64,000 nt of DNA, from NCBI GenBank assembly GCA_033549025.1, contig JAWSUS010000002.1, positions 250,539 through 314,538 on the forward strand, in the 5' to 3' direction. This document shows, piece by piece, positions 1-10,446 of the stretch (positions are counted from its first letter, which is position 1; each line of letters opens with the position of its first letter). The position numbers and the translations under genes were made by a program. The DNA is from Desulfuromonadales bacterium (lineage in GTDB: Bacteria > Desulfobacterota > Desulfuromonadia > Desulfuromonadales > SZUA-540). The notes beneath the pieces are model-generated. The model did no database searches and was not told the origin of the DNA. It saw only the letters and a list, made by a program, of their open reading frames with translations.

Positions 1-706
1 CCACGCCGAAAGAGGGATAGGTGAAAGATACGGACAGGGCGTAGGTGATAAGAGCGCCCAGACCGAAGGGATAATTCTTGATGATGGTGTGAACCGGTTC
101 TTTGCCGTAGGTGAGATGAATGATGAGCAGAAAGGGGAAAAGGGTGATGGGAAAGGCCGAGAGGATGCCGGCGGCATCGGGGCCGATGAGGCGGGCCAGG
201 CCGGTGATCAGCAGCACGATGGAGGCGGCCGCCAACCCGCGCAGCAGCAGCACCCAGCGGGTAAAGCGCACCGCCGTGGTCACGCGCACGTTCTTCAGGC
301 GCCGGAAGCGCCAGGCGTAAAAAGCCGTCACCGTCAGGGTGAAAAGCAGGCCCGACCCGAGGGAAAAATTGAAACGGTGCAGCAGCGCCGCCGCCAGCAG
401 AAAGGCGGCCACGGCGGCGACCGCCGAAAAGAGCCGGGCATAACGGCTGAATGACGCCGATACGACATAGTAGACATGCACCAGCACGAGGGAGGCACTG
501 AGCCCCGCCACCGTATAGACGGCTCCCTGCGCCGCGAAGTCGCGGCCGTTTTCCAGCCCGATAAAAAAGAGGGCGATGGCGGTGCCGAGGGGATAGCCGG
601 AGAGTATCCCCGCCACCCGCGGACTGACCCGCTCGGCCACCAGAGACAGGCCGACCACGGCGAGGATGGAAACCAGGATTTTGGCAAAAATGAGCAGGGT
701 GGTCAA
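1..706 (-). CDS. Multi-pass membrane protein, runs off the left edge of the window
   Basis: Manually read frame from TTG at 706 preceded by GGAGG: MTTLLIFAKILVSILAVVGLSLVAERVSPRVAGILSGYPLGTAIALFFIG...; very hydrophobic, no stop before position 1. Confidence 0.7.
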   Translation of the reverse strand, partial: MTTLLIFAKILVSILAVVGLSLVAERVSPRVAGILSGYPLGTAIALFFIGLENGRDFAAQGAVYTVAGLSASLVLVHVYYVVSASFSRYARLFSAVAAVAAFLLAAALLHRFNFSLGSGLLFTLTVTAFYAWRFRRLKNVRVTTAVRFTRWVLLLRGLAAASIVLLITGLARLIGPDAAGILSAFPITLFPFLLIIHLTYGKEPVHTIIKNYPFGLGALITYALSVSFTYPSFGV

Positions 707-902
707 AGTGGCCTCCGGGTGTCGGCCTGACAGGCTCGTTACAGCGAGGCTGCTTATGGCAAAGCGCCCAAGGGTCTCATGGACGCCGTGTCACTCTAGC
801 AGATTGGCCTCTCTCTGCCTAGCCGCTGCCGCTGACGGGGGAGGCGCTTCCCTTTTCGCGCCCCTTTGCCTATAATGCCCCCTTCCCCAAAGGACATCCT
901 CC

Positions 903-3455
903 ATGAAACGCACTTTTTCCCCTGAAGTCCGCCTGCTGCTGCGGCAGGCCATTGACGATGCGCGCGGCAACGAGGTCTTCTTCCTCGGCCGCACCGATGC
1001 CGAGCGCCTGGTCGTCAGTGTCGAGGTGCTGGCCCGCGGCAACGCCGAGGCCGTTCCCGCCATTCTGCAGGAGTGCGCCTACGGCGACGTGGTCATCCAC
1101 AACCACCCCTCCGGGCACCTGCAGCCCTCGGCGGCGGATCTGGAAATCGCCTCACGGCTCGGCTCGCTGGGGGTCGGCTTCCACATTGTGGATAACCCTG
1201 TGGACAATGTGTACAAGGTGGTGGAAGCCTTCGCCTCGAAGGACGTGCAGCCCGTCGAGCCCCAGCGCGTGGACGACCTGCTTGGGCCCGAAGGGATCAT
1301 CGCCCGCACCCTGCCGGGCTACGAAGACCGCCCAGAACAGCTGCGCATGGCCTTTGCCGTCGCCGAGGCCTTCAACAAGGGGCGCCTGACGGTCATCGAA
1401 GCGGGGACCGGCACCGGCAAAAGCCTCGCCTACCTGACCCCGGCCATCCTCTGGGCCCTGGGCAACGAAGAACGGGTGGTGATCAGCACCAACACCATCA
1501 ACCTGCAGGAACAGCTCATCCGCAAGGATATCCCTTTTCTGCAGCGGGTCAGCAACCTGGAATTCCGCGCCGTGCTGGTGAAAGGGCGCGCCAACTATCT
1601 CTGTCTGCGCCGCAGCGAAAATATCCGGCAGGAGCCGGGGCTCTTCGACGACGAGCTGGCCGGCGAGCTCACCAGTATTCTCGAATGGGCCGGGCGCACC
1701 AGCGACGGCTCCAAGGAGGAGCTCCCCTTCATCCCCCGGGAACAGGTGTGGGAGGAGGTGCGCTGCGAAATCGACCAGTGCTCGCGGGTGCGCTGCGCCC
1801 ACTACAACCGCTGTTTTTTCCACAAGGCCCGCCGCCAGGCGGCCCAGGCCGACCTGCTGGTGGTCAATCACGCCCTGCTGCTCTCCGATCTGGCCCTGCG
1901 CCAGCAGACGGACAACTACACCGCCGCCGCCGTGCTGCCCCCTTTCGACCGCATCATTCTCGACGAGGCCCACCACCTGGAGGATGTCGCCACCCACTTC
2001 TTTGCCAGCCAGGTCACCCGTTTTTCCTTCGCCCGCGTGCTCAACAAGCTGCGCCATCCGCGCAAGCCGGAGAAGGGCCTGCTCCCCCGCTTCCTCAACA
2101 CCCTGGCCGCCAAGCTGCCCGACAGCCTGGACGAGCTCTACCGGGCCCTGCACGGCCGCGTCGAAAACCTCCTCGTCGACCGCCAGACCCTCTTTGACCG
2201 CTCGGTGCAGGATCTGGAGGGGATCGGCCAGGATCTCGCCGCCGCTCTCGGCCGCCCTATCCGCGAACGGGAGGAAATCAAGCAGCGGGTGGTGGCCGAC
2301 TTCGCCGCCGGCGAGGTCTGGCAAACCCTCTGCGACAGGGTGCGCGCCCTGGCCAAGGAGACGGATCGGCTCGGCCAGGGTCTGCGCGCCCTGCTCAAGG
2401 ACTGCGGCCGCCTGCCCGACGACGTGCATGAGCACCTCGGCTCCAGTCTCACCGACCTGCGCGGCATCGCCGGCCGCCTGGAAAGCATCGCCGACGACCT
2501 GCGCTTCTTTGCCGCCGCCGAAGAGGGCACCTGCGCCTGGTTCGAGATCGTCGAAGGACGCATCGGCCGGGGCACCGGTGTCGTCACCCGCCTCTGTACG
2601 GCTCCTCTGGAGGTCGCCGGCAACCTCAAGGCCGCCGTCTACGACCGCTTCCGCTCGGTGGTCATGACCAGCGCCACCCTCTCCGTCGGCGGTCAGTTCA
2701 GCTACTTCAAGCACCGGGTCGGCCTCGACCGCGCCGAACCGGCGCGCCTGGCCGAACTGCTGCTGGCCAGCCCCTTCAATTTCACCCAGCAGGCCCTGGT
2801 CGCCATCCCCACCGACATTCCCGAACCGGGACGCCCCGACTACCCGGCCAGCGTACGCGACCTGGCCGAACGGGCCATCCTCACCGCCGACGGCCGCACC
2901 TTCGTCCTCTTCACCGCCTACTCGCTGCTGCGCCAGGTCTACGGCGAAGTCGCCCCGGTGCTCAGCGCCCGCGGCTATCACTGCCTGCGCCAGGGCGAGG
3001 AGAACCGCCATCGCCTGCTGAAAAAATTCGCCGGCGACCCCACCAGCGTCCTTTTCGCCACCGACTCCTTCTGGGAGGGGGTCGACGTGCCAGGGCGAGC
3101 CCTCGAGCAGGTCATCATCACCCGGCTCCCCTTCAAGGTGCCCACCGAACCGGTGCTGGAGGCCCGGGCCGAGGCCATCGAGCTGGCCGGTGGCGATCCC
3201 TTCATGGAATACACGGTGCCGCAGGCCGTCATCAAGTTCAAGCAGGGCTTCGGCCGTCTCATCCGCCATCGCGACGACCGCGGCGTCGTACTCATTCTCG
3301 ACGCCCGCGTGGTCAAAAAGGGCTACGGCCGCATCTTTCTGCGTTCCCTGCCCGAGGCGCGGGTGGTCGCCGCCCCCACGGCGGAGGTCTTTGCCGCCAT
3401 GACCGACTTCTTTGCAGCGAGCGAACCTGAACCCACGGCAGAGGACAAACCATGA
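903..3455 (+). CDS. dinG: DinG/XPD-family helicase with N-terminal RadC-like JAB domain
   Basis: HNHPSG...PSAAD JAB motif; EAGTGTGKS Walker A; Fe-S cysteines (CLRR, CEIDQC, C); DEAH; FWEGVD; QGFGRLIR. Confidence 0.9.
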   Translation: MKRTFSPEVRLLLRQAIDDARGNEVFFLGRTDAERLVVSVEVLARGNAEAVPAILQECAYGDVVIHNHPSGHLQPSAADLEIASRLGSLGVGFHIVDNPVDNVYKVVEAFASKDVQPVEPQRVDDLLGPEGIIARTLPGYEDRPEQLRMAFAVAEAFNKGRLTVIEAGTGTGKSLAYLTPAILWALGNEERVVISTNTINLQEQLIRKDIPFLQRVSNLEFRAVLVKGRANYLCLRRSENIRQEPGLFDDELAGELTSILEWAGRTSDGSKEELPFIPREQVWEEVRCEIDQCSRVRCAHYNRCFFHKARRQAAQADLLVVNHALLLSDLALRQQTDNYTAAAVLPPFDRIILDEAHHLEDVATHFFASQVTRFSFARVLNKLRHPRKPEKGLLPRFLNTLAAKLPDSLDELYRALHGRVENLLVDRQTLFDRSVQDLEGIGQDLAAALGRPIREREEIKQRVVADFAAGEVWQTLCDRVRALAKETDRLGQGLRALLKDCGRLPDDVHEHLGSSLTDLRGIAGRLESIADDLRFFAAAEEGTCAWFEIVEGRIGRGTGVVTRLCTAPLEVAGNLKAAVYDRFRSVVMTSATLSVGGQFSYFKHRVGLDRAEPARLAELLLASPFNFTQQALVAIPTDIPEPGRPDYPASVRDLAERAILTADGRTFVLFTAYSLLRQVYGEVAPVLSARGYHCLRQGEENRHRLLKKFAGDPTSVLFATDSFWEGVDVPGRALEQVIITRLPFKVPTEPVLEARAEAIELAGGDPFMEYTVPQAVIKFKQGFGRLIRHRDDRGVVLILDARVVKKGYGRIFLRSLPEARVVAAPTAEVFAAMTDFFAASEPEPTAEDKP

Positions 3456-3895
3456 ACGAACGGTCTTGGCCGATCCGTCAGGTCGTCACCGCTTTTCTAC
3501 GGCACGAAGGCAAGATCCTGCTGCTGAAGCGCAGCGACCGGGTCCGCACCTACCGGGGCCGCTGGGCGGCGGTCAGCGGCTCTCTCGAGGCGCCGACTCC
3601 GCTGGCGCAGGCGCTACGGGAGATTCGGGAGGAGACGGGCCTGGGTGAAGCCGACCTCTGCCTGGTCGCCGCCGCCCCGTGCCAGGAGGTGGTCGATGCG
3701 AACCTGGCGACGCGATGGCTCATTCATCCTTTTCTCTTTGAGGTGAACGGCTCGCCCGGCATCCGTCTGGATTGGGAGCATGAGGAAAGCCGCTGGGTCG
3801 AAGCGGCGGAGCTGGCCCATTACCGGACCGTGCCTGCCCTGGCCCAGGTTCTCGCCGCCTGCCTGCAGACGGAAGCCGATAGCCGGGGCGACTGA
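3452..3895 (+). CDS. NUDIX hydrolase
   Basis: GSLE...ALREIREETGL Nudix box; ATGA overlap with dinG. Confidence 0.85.
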   Translation: MNERSWPIRQVVTAFLRHEGKILLLKRSDRVRTYRGRWAAVSGSLEAPTPLAQALREIREETGLGEADLCLVAAAPCQEVVDANLATRWLIHPFLFEVNGSPGIRLDWEHEESRWVEAAELAHYRTVPALAQVLAACLQTEADSRGD

Positions 3896-3981
3896 ATTCT
3901 TTTCTTTCACGTTGGGCAAGTCCTGCTATAATCCAGAAAGTTGTGCATACTGTCACCCTGAAGTGAGGAAGGAGGCCCGCC

Positions 3982-4584
3982 ATGGCCCGTCTCAAGAAGT
4001 GCAGATCCCTGATTCTTTTTTTCAGCCTCTTCTACCTGTTAAGCTCAGCGGCAACCGCCTTTGCCGGCACCGTTTCCATCAGCCGGGTCGCCCAGGACGA
4101 CGCCTTCCTCACCGACCTGGCCTACGACAACTTCTATCTCTCCGACAGCCAGCTGGCCCAGAGATATCCCTCCTACCAGGTGGCCGCCAACCAGGCTACC
4201 GCCGGCACCCTGGCCGCTGAACCGGTAGAGAAGAAATCGAGCCTGAGCCTGCACAAGGTTCTCGGCTACAGTACCGTGCTGCTGGCCGCAGCCGCCGGTG
4301 TGGCCAACTCGGATGAGGACACCCACCATGCCCTGGCCTACACGGCCTCGGCCGCGGCGGCCGGCACCGTGCTGAGCGGTTATCTGCAGCACGGGAACCA
4401 GCTTGGCGGCGGGCAAGGGCTTTTCAGCGACCCCAACCTGCATGCCATTTTGGGAACCCTCGGCGCCGCTGCCCTCATCGCCGGCAGCGCCATGGCCGAC
4501 GGCGGCAGCGAATCGAGCCACAGCGGCATCGCCGTCACCGGCGCCGGTCTTATGTTTCTTTCCATCATCGACATCAAGTGGTAA
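3982..4584 (+). CDS. Hypothetical exported/membrane protein
   Basis: AGGAGG RBS, signal-like N-terminus, several hydrophobic segments. Confidence 0.65.
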   Translation: MARLKKCRSLILFFSLFYLLSSAATAFAGTVSISRVAQDDAFLTDLAYDNFYLSDSQLAQRYPSYQVAANQATAGTLAAEPVEKKSSLSLHKVLGYSTVLLAAAAGVANSDEDTHHALAYTASAAAAGTVLSGYLQHGNQLGGGQGLFSDPNLHAILGTLGAAALIAGSAMADGGSESSHSGIAVTGAGLMFLSIIDIKW

Positions 4585-4602
4585 AGGCTTCCGATCCGCA
4601 GC

Positions 4603-4983
4603 ATGGCAAAGATCCTGATTATCGACGATGACAAGGCGTTTCTCACTTTCATGCAGGGATATGTGGCCGAAAACTATCCCTGCCTGGAAGTGGAAACCCG
4701 CCTCGACCCTCTGCAGGGGCTGGCCGCCATCACGGCGGATCTCAGCCTGCTGCTCCTCGATCTGGAGATGCCGGGAATGGATGGCGGCAAGATTCTGGCT
4801 TACGCCACCGCCAAAGGCTTAAACAAAAACCGCATCATCATCCTGTCGGGACGCGATGCCGATTATCTGCACGATCGTTTCCCCATGGGCTGCTGCCTGG
4901 CGGTGCTAAACAAGCACGAAGTCCGGCAGAAAGCCGTGCTCGACATGATCTTCAGTTCGCTGCAGCAAAAGGGCCAGTCATAG
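4603..4983 (+). CDS. Single-domain response regulator receiver
   Basis: ILIIDDD, LLDLEMPGMDG, conserved S and K. Confidence 0.85.
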   Translation: MAKILIIDDDKAFLTFMQGYVAENYPCLEVETRLDPLQGLAAITADLSLLLLDLEMPGMDGGKILAYATAKGLNKNRIIILSGRDADYLHDRFPMGCCLAVLNKHEVRQKAVLDMIFSSLQQKGQS

Positions 4984-5038
4984 GATACAGACTCTGCAGT
5001 CGACCGGCCCGTAGTGCTGCGCGGCACGAGAGGCGACC

Positions 5039-6313
5039 ATGTCCCACCACACCCTCAAAACCGGCTACGCCAACCTGAGCGAACGGCTCAACCGCTTTCC
5101 CCAGGGGGCACCCCCCTCCCAGCTTCTTTACGACATCCTCGCCCTGCTGTTCTCTGCAAAAGAGGCCGACCTCGTCGCCCGCCTGCCCATTCGGCCCTTT
5201 TCCGCCGAAAAAGCCGCCAAGGCCTGGGGGGTTGGACTGGCCGAGGCCGAAACGACCCTGCAGCGCCTGGCCGATCGCGCCCTGCTCGTCGACATGCAGG
5301 TCAAGGGCCGCATGGAATACGTGCTGCCGCCCCCCATGGCCGGCTTTTTCGAGTTCGCCCTCATGCGTCTGCGCGACGACATCGACCAGAAGCTCCTCTC
5401 CCAGCTCTACGAGCAGTACATCAGCGTGGAAGAGGATTTCATCAGGGCCCTCTTTGTCAACGGCGACACTCAGCTCGGCCGCGTGCTGGTGCAGGAAGGC
5501 GCCCTCACTCCCGAAAGCGCCCTCTATGTGCTCGATTACGAACGGGCCACCGAGGTCATCGAGACCGCTACCGATATCGGCATCGGCCTGTGCTACTGCC
5601 GCCACAAACGCTCCCACCTGGGCACGGCCTGCGACGCCGAGATGGACATCTGCATGACCTTCAACACCGTGGCCGCCTCGCTCATCCGCCACGGCTACGC
5701 CCGCCGGGTGGAGCGCGGGGAGTGCCAGGAACTGCTGCACAAGGCCTGGGAGCAGAACCTGGCCCAGTTCGGCGAAAACGTGCAGCAGGCGATGAACTTC
5801 ATCTGCAACTGCTGCCCCTGCTGCTGCGAGGCCATGCTCGCCGCCCAGCGCTTCGGGCACATGAACCCGGTACACACCAGCAACTTCATGGCGCACGTCG
5901 AGGACAACTGCACCGGCTGCGGTCGCTGCCTGCCGACCTGCCCGGTCAAGATCATCCGCCTGGAAACGGAGCAGGCAGACGGTCGGGGCCGCAAGACGGC
6001 GGTCATCGATGAGGCACTCTGCCTTGGCTGCGGCGTCTGCGTACGCAACTGCCCCCGCGGCGCCCTTCATCTGCAACCGCGGCAGCCGCGGGTCATCACG
6101 CCGGTCAACAGCGTCCACAAGGTGGTACTCATGGCCATCGAGCGCGGCACCCTGCCCCATCTGCTCTTCGACAACCAGGTACTGTGGAGCCACCGGGCCC
6201 TCGCCGCCGTCCTTGGCGTCATCCTCAAACTTCCGCCGGTCAAGCAGCTGCTGGCCAGCGAGCAGGTGCGCTCCCGCTACCTGGCCTCCCTCTGCCAACG
6301 GTTTCCCCTATGA
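5039..6313 (+). CDS. 4Fe-4S dicluster-binding protein
   Basis: ICNCCPCCC, CTGCGRCLPTCP and CLGCGVCVRNCP motifs. Confidence 0.85.
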   Translation: MSHHTLKTGYANLSERLNRFPQGAPPSQLLYDILALLFSAKEADLVARLPIRPFSAEKAAKAWGVGLAEAETTLQRLADRALLVDMQVKGRMEYVLPPPMAGFFEFALMRLRDDIDQKLLSQLYEQYISVEEDFIRALFVNGDTQLGRVLVQEGALTPESALYVLDYERATEVIETATDIGIGLCYCRHKRSHLGTACDAEMDICMTFNTVAASLIRHGYARRVERGECQELLHKAWEQNLAQFGENVQQAMNFICNCCPCCCEAMLAAQRFGHMNPVHTSNFMAHVEDNCTGCGRCLPTCPVKIIRLETEQADGRGRKTAVIDEALCLGCGVCVRNCPRGALHLQPRQPRVITPVNSVHKVVLMAIERGTLPHLLFDNQVLWSHRALAAVLGVILKLPPVKQLLASEQVRSRYLASLCQRFPL

Positions 6314-7023
6314 GCGCTGCAGGCAGAACCGCTGGGCTCCGCTCCCTTTTCATCCTGGCTCTTGGGATCATTTGGCTCACGGCCCGGCCCCTGCCGGCAG
6401 CGACCTACGAGCCGCCGCCCACCGCCATCCAGGCTCTCTTCGGCGCCGCGGTTTTCCACGACGACAGCCTGACTTTTCGGGAAGAGTCCACCATCGACCC
6501 CGACACCTCCAAAGAAACGGACCTGTCCCAGATGCCGATGCTCGGCTTCGTCGCCCAGTACGCTCTGGCCGGGCAGAACAGCCAGGCCGGTTTCGAGGGG
6601 GGACTGCTCTTCGGCTGGCGTTCGCGCAGCACCTCCCTCACCAGCAACCTGGAGCAGACCAGCGTGCGCATCGAAACCTCTCTGTGGCTGCTCGACCTCT
6701 CCATGGGGCTCTACGCCAGCCACGTGGTGGCCGACCGCCTGCGACTCTCCCTCGGGGCCGGCCCCCTGCTGCTCTTCGCCACTTACGACGGTGAGACCGA
6801 AGAAACCGATAGTCAGGGCGACACCGCCACCACCGATACCAGCGAAAACGCCTTCGGAATCGGCGGCTACGCGCGGGCCGCCGTCGAATACCGCCTGCCG
6901 GACGGAGCCTTCATGGGCATCGGTCTGCGAGGCGTCACCAGCACCCTCGAATTTGAAAAGGGGGTTGACAGCTCGGGGCTCGAAGGGGTACAGGGGTTCA
7001 TCAGCTATACGCGGCCCTTTTAA
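6310..7023 (+). CDS. Putative outer-membrane beta-barrel protein
   Basis: ATG at 6310 overlapping the upstream stop; signal peptide, alternating amphipathic strands, C-terminal F. Confidence 0.65.
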   Translation: MSAAGRTAGLRSLFILALGIIWLTARPLPAATYEPPPTAIQALFGAAVFHDDSLTFREESTIDPDTSKETDLSQMPMLGFVAQYALAGQNSQAGFEGGLLFGWRSRSTSLTSNLEQTSVRIETSLWLLDLSMGLYASHVVADRLRLSLGAGPLLLFATYDGETEETDSQGDTATTDTSENAFGIGGYARAAVEYRLPDGAFMGIGLRGVTSTLEFEKGVDSSGLEGVQGFISYTRPF

Positions 7024-7085
7024 GCAAGCGGCCCTTGCTGACCTGCCGGACTCTCCGGACTAACTGAAAAAGGAGGACATTCACC

Positions 7086-7607
7086 ATGAAGAAACTCGCA
7101 ATCTGCCTGGCTCTTTTCACCCTGGCTCTGGCCACCGCCCTGCCCGCCTATTCGGCCGAATACATCAGCGGCCGCGCCGGCCTCTACTTTCCCGATGAAA
7201 GCGCCTTCGACACCGGCTACAACTTCGGCCTGGCCTACGGCTTCAACTTCACGCAGAATCCTAATGTCTATGCCGAGTTCGGCACCGGCTTCTACGGCAC
7301 CGAACTTGAGCGCAACAGCAGCGTCGATCTGACCGTCATCCCCTTTACCGCTTCTCTCATCCTCAATCACGCGATTACCGGTACCCCCTTCGAACTCTAC
7401 GCCGGAGCCGGACCTGGCCTCTACCTGGCCATGATCGACGGTCCCCTGGACGATGACAGCGAACTCGAACTCGGCGTGCATCTGGTGGGCGGCGGCGCTT
7501 TCAATATCGACAGTCAGTTCGCCCTCTTCGCCGAACTGCGCGGCGACCTGGTCACCGATGACGTCGGCGGCGCTTTTCTCAACTTCGGTCTGAAATATAA
7601 ATTCTAG
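7086..7607 (+). CDS. Small outer-membrane beta-barrel (OmpW/OmpA-like) protein
   Basis: AAGGAGG RBS, signal peptide, C-terminal GLKYKF barrel signature. Confidence 0.8.
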   Translation: MKKLAICLALFTLALATALPAYSAEYISGRAGLYFPDESAFDTGYNFGLAYGFNFTQNPNVYAEFGTGFYGTELERNSSVDLTVIPFTASLILNHAITGTPFELYAGAGPGLYLAMIDGPLDDDSELELGVHLVGGGAFNIDSQFALFAELRGDLVTDDVGGAFLNFGLKYKF

Positions 7608-7697
7608 GGCTGGAAGAAAACTCAGGTCTGACCTGGAAAGCCAGGCTGGGGCAGGGCCTCGGCCTGGCTTCGCCATGAAGGGTGCCATCGCCAAGAT

Positions 7698-8753
7698 ATG
7701 GATATCGTACTGGGAATATTAGGAGAATGCTGGGAGATCCTGGTGGAATCGGCCGTCTATGTGCTCTTCGGTTTCTTTGCCGCCGGGGTGCTCAAGGCCC
7801 TGATTCCGACGGAAGTCGTGGCCCGGCATCTGGGCCAGAGCAGCGCCGGCTCAGTGCTCAAGGCCTCGCTGTTCGGCGTTCCCCTGCCCCTGTGTTCCTG
7901 CGGGGTCATTCCGGCCGCCATCGGCCTGCGCCAGCAAGGGGCGAGCAAAGGGGCCTCGGCCGCCTTTCTCGTCTCGGTGCCGGAGACGGGGGTCGATTCC
8001 ATGGCCATCACCTGGGCCCTGCTCGACCCCCTCATGACCCTCATCCGGCCCCTCGCCGCCTTTGTCACCGCCACAGTGACGGGACTGGCAATCAATCGGC
8101 TACCGGATAAAACTCCTCACACCGAGGACAAGGCCTCTGCTTCGCTGATGGCCGGACAAGATGCCGCAGATCGCGACCCTCTGTCCCAACGCCTGCGCGA
8201 GGGGATCGCCTACGCCTTCGGCGACCTCCTGGGGGATATCGGCAAGTGGCTGCTGCTGGGTATCGGTCTGGCCGGCATCATCGCCTATTTCGTTCCGGAC
8301 GATTTCTTCGTCCGTTATCTGCACAGCGAACTGCTCTCTTTGCTGATCATGCTGGCCGTGGGCATTCCCCTCTATATCTGCGCCAGCGCCTCCACCCCCA
8401 TCGCCGCCGCCCTGGTGCTCAAAGGTCTCTCCCCCGGGGCCGCCCTCGTCTTTCTGCTGGCCGGCCCAGCCACCAATGCCGCCACCATCACCGTGGTCTT
8501 CCGCTATTTCGGCCGCGCCGCCACCCTGGTTTATCTGCTCTCCATCGCCCTATGCTCTCTCGTCCTCGGTTGGCTGACCAATCGCCTCTACGCCTTCAGC
8601 GGCCTCGACATCACCCGCTGGGTCAGCGAACCAGGCGCCGCCACCGAATCTCCGCTGATGGTGGCCGCCGCCGTTGTACTTCTGCTGCTGCTGGGGCGCT
8701 GCTCCCTCCCCCGCCAGAAGAGCTGTAGCGGCAGCCCGCCAGGCGGCACCTGA
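7698..8753 (+). CDS. ArsP/SO_0444-family permease (putative metal efflux)
   Basis: PLPLCSCGVIP and PLYICASASTP motifs, GPATN. Confidence 0.85.
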   Translation: MDIVLGILGECWEILVESAVYVLFGFFAAGVLKALIPTEVVARHLGQSSAGSVLKASLFGVPLPLCSCGVIPAAIGLRQQGASKGASAAFLVSVPETGVDSMAITWALLDPLMTLIRPLAAFVTATVTGLAINRLPDKTPHTEDKASASLMAGQDAADRDPLSQRLREGIAYAFGDLLGDIGKWLLLGIGLAGIIAYFVPDDFFVRYLHSELLSLLIMLAVGIPLYICASASTPIAAALVLKGLSPGAALVFLLAGPATNAATITVVFRYFGRAATLVYLLSIALCSLVLGWLTNRLYAFSGLDITRWVSEPGAATESPLMVAAAVVLLLLLGRCSLPRQKSCSGSPPGGT

Positions 8754-8867
8754 GGGCCTACCTGCTGACCGGCGGTTCGCCGGCCTTCATCTTTCCCTGC
8801 AAAAAAAGGGGCGCCGCACTTCGCAGCACCCCCTTCGTGACGATTTACTCTACACGTTGGCGAGACG

Positions 8868-9581
8868 TTAAAAAGCCATATCCGGCTTCCACTCCTTCCA
8901 CACCTTGCCGGCCAGTTCAGGACCGGGCTTCAGGGTGGGCTTGCCCGGCTGCCAGCCGGAGGGGGTGACTTCGCCGGTCTTGCGCACATGCTGGAAGGCC
9001 TGGATCTGGCGCATCAGTTCGGAGACGTTGCGGCCGACCTCGGGGGTCAGCACTTCGGAGGCGCGGATGACGAAATCGGGGTCGATGAGGAAGCGCCCGC
9101 GGATATCGACACCAGCCAGTTCTTCATAGACGCCGTAGGCCCGGCCGATAAGACCGCCAGCGTCGGCAATGAGGGGGAAGGGCACGCCGCCGGGGACCAT
9201 CTTGCTGAGCTCTTCTTCCTGCCAGATTTTGTGGCTGAAGCGGCTGTCGGTGCTGGCCGCGAAGACTTCGACGCCCAGCTTTTTCAGTTCGGGATATTTG
9301 ACGGCAACTGCCGTCAGCTCTGTTGGTCAGACAAAGGTGAAGTCGCCGGGATAAAAGCAGAGGACAATCCACTTGCCCCGGGAATCGGACAGCTTCATGT
9401 TCTTGAAGCCGCCATCCTGAAATACGGTTGCCTCAAAATCCGGGGCCTCCCGGCCTACACGTGCGGTCATGACGGCTTCCTCCTTTTCCATAGGTTGGGC
9501 CGACGGGGAACCTGCTTCAGGCTTCGCGCCTGCGACAGGGCCTCCGGCTGGCTTGACACAGGACTCTTGCTGTTTGGGCAT
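8868..9581 (-). CDS. prxU: Selenocysteine-containing peroxiredoxin (AhpC/PrxU type)
   Basis: Track ORFs 9327..9608 and 8868..9200 are one frame joined by TGA at 9327-9329 in [12 protein letters not shown], the peroxidatic Cys position; AAGGAGG RBS before ATG 9581. Confidence 0.9.
9299..9316 (-). promoter_or_regulatory. Bacterial SECIS hairpin
   Basis: UGACGGC-AGUU-GCCGUCA stem-loop beginning 10 nt after the in-frame UGA, with G in the apical loop. Confidence 0.8.
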
Positions 9582-9709
9582 GATGAACCTCCTTATCGTC
9601 TTGTTCACTCCCTAAGAAAAATCTTAGACTCCGGCGGCGACATTGCAAGGCGGAACCTGATTTTCCCTTGCAGGGTGCATCCTGACCGTTCAGCGCTATA
9701 GTTGAGGAT

Positions 9710-10441
9710 ATGGACCCAACGCTACGGGAGAAGCCCTTGCCTGCTGTTTTTCAGGCCCGCAACCTGACCAAAGTCTATGCCATGGGCGAGATGGAGGTGC
9801 AGGCGCTGCGCGGTGTCGACTTTGATCTGCACGAAGGGGAGTTCGTGGTACTGCTCGGCCCGTCGGGCAGCGGCAAATCGACCCTGCTCAACATCCTGGG
9901 CGGCCTCGATGTGCCGACGAGCGGGCAGGTGCGCTACCGCGACCATGACCTTACCACCTACGACGATGGGGCTCTCACCAGCTACCGGCGCGATCACGTC
10001 GGTTTCGTCTTCCAGTTCTACAATCTCATCCCCAGTCTGACCGCGCGGGAAAACGTGGCTCTCATCACCGAAATCGCGGCGAATCCCATGTCGCCCGAAG
10101 AAGCCTTGAAGCTGGTGAACCTGGGGGAGCGCATGGATCACTTTCCGTCTCAGATGTCTGGCGGCGAACAGCAGCGTGTCGCCATCGCACGGGCCATCGC
10201 CAAGCGGCCGGAGGTGCTGCTGTGTGACGAGCCGACGGGAGCCCTCGATGTACAAACGGGCATCCTGGTGCTGGAGGTGATCGAAAAGGTCAATCGGGAA
10301 CTCGGCACCACCACCGCCGTCATTACCCACAACGCCGTCATCGCGTCCATGGCCGACCGCATCGTTCACCTCTCCGACGGCCGTATTGTCCGGGAAGAGC
10401 ACAACCGGGAGCGCGTCGCGGCCCAGCGCCTGCAATGGTGA
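9710..10441 (+). CDS. ABC transporter ATP-binding protein (LolD/MacB type)
   Basis: [31 protein letters not shown]. Confidence 0.92.
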   Translation: MDPTLREKPLPAVFQARNLTKVYAMGEMEVQALRGVDFDLHEGEFVVLLGPSGSGKSTLLNILGGLDVPTSGQVRYRDHDLTTYDDGALTSYRRDHVGFVFQFYNLIPSLTARENVALITEIAANPMSPEEALKLVNLGERMDHFPSQMSGGEQQRVAIARAIAKRPEVLLCDEPTGALDVQTGILVLEVIEKVNRELGTTTAVITHNAVIASMADRIVHLSDGRIVREEHNRERVAAQRLQW

Positions 10442-10446
10442 TCGTC

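Noticed and set aside
1152..3269. Long antisense ORFs (also 12872-15055, 20237-22249, 24471-26831, 52479-55160, 60266-61900)
   Set aside because: These are shadow frames of GC-rich genes on the opposite strand with no recognisable motifs.
903..3455. Type IV CRISPR-associated DinG
   Set aside because: No csf genes or CRISPR array; the context is chromosomal housekeeping.
8868..9608. Peroxiredoxin pseudogene or two separate genes
   Set aside because: The stop is TGA at the catalytic Cys position with a SECIS-like hairpin, and the frame is otherwise intact.
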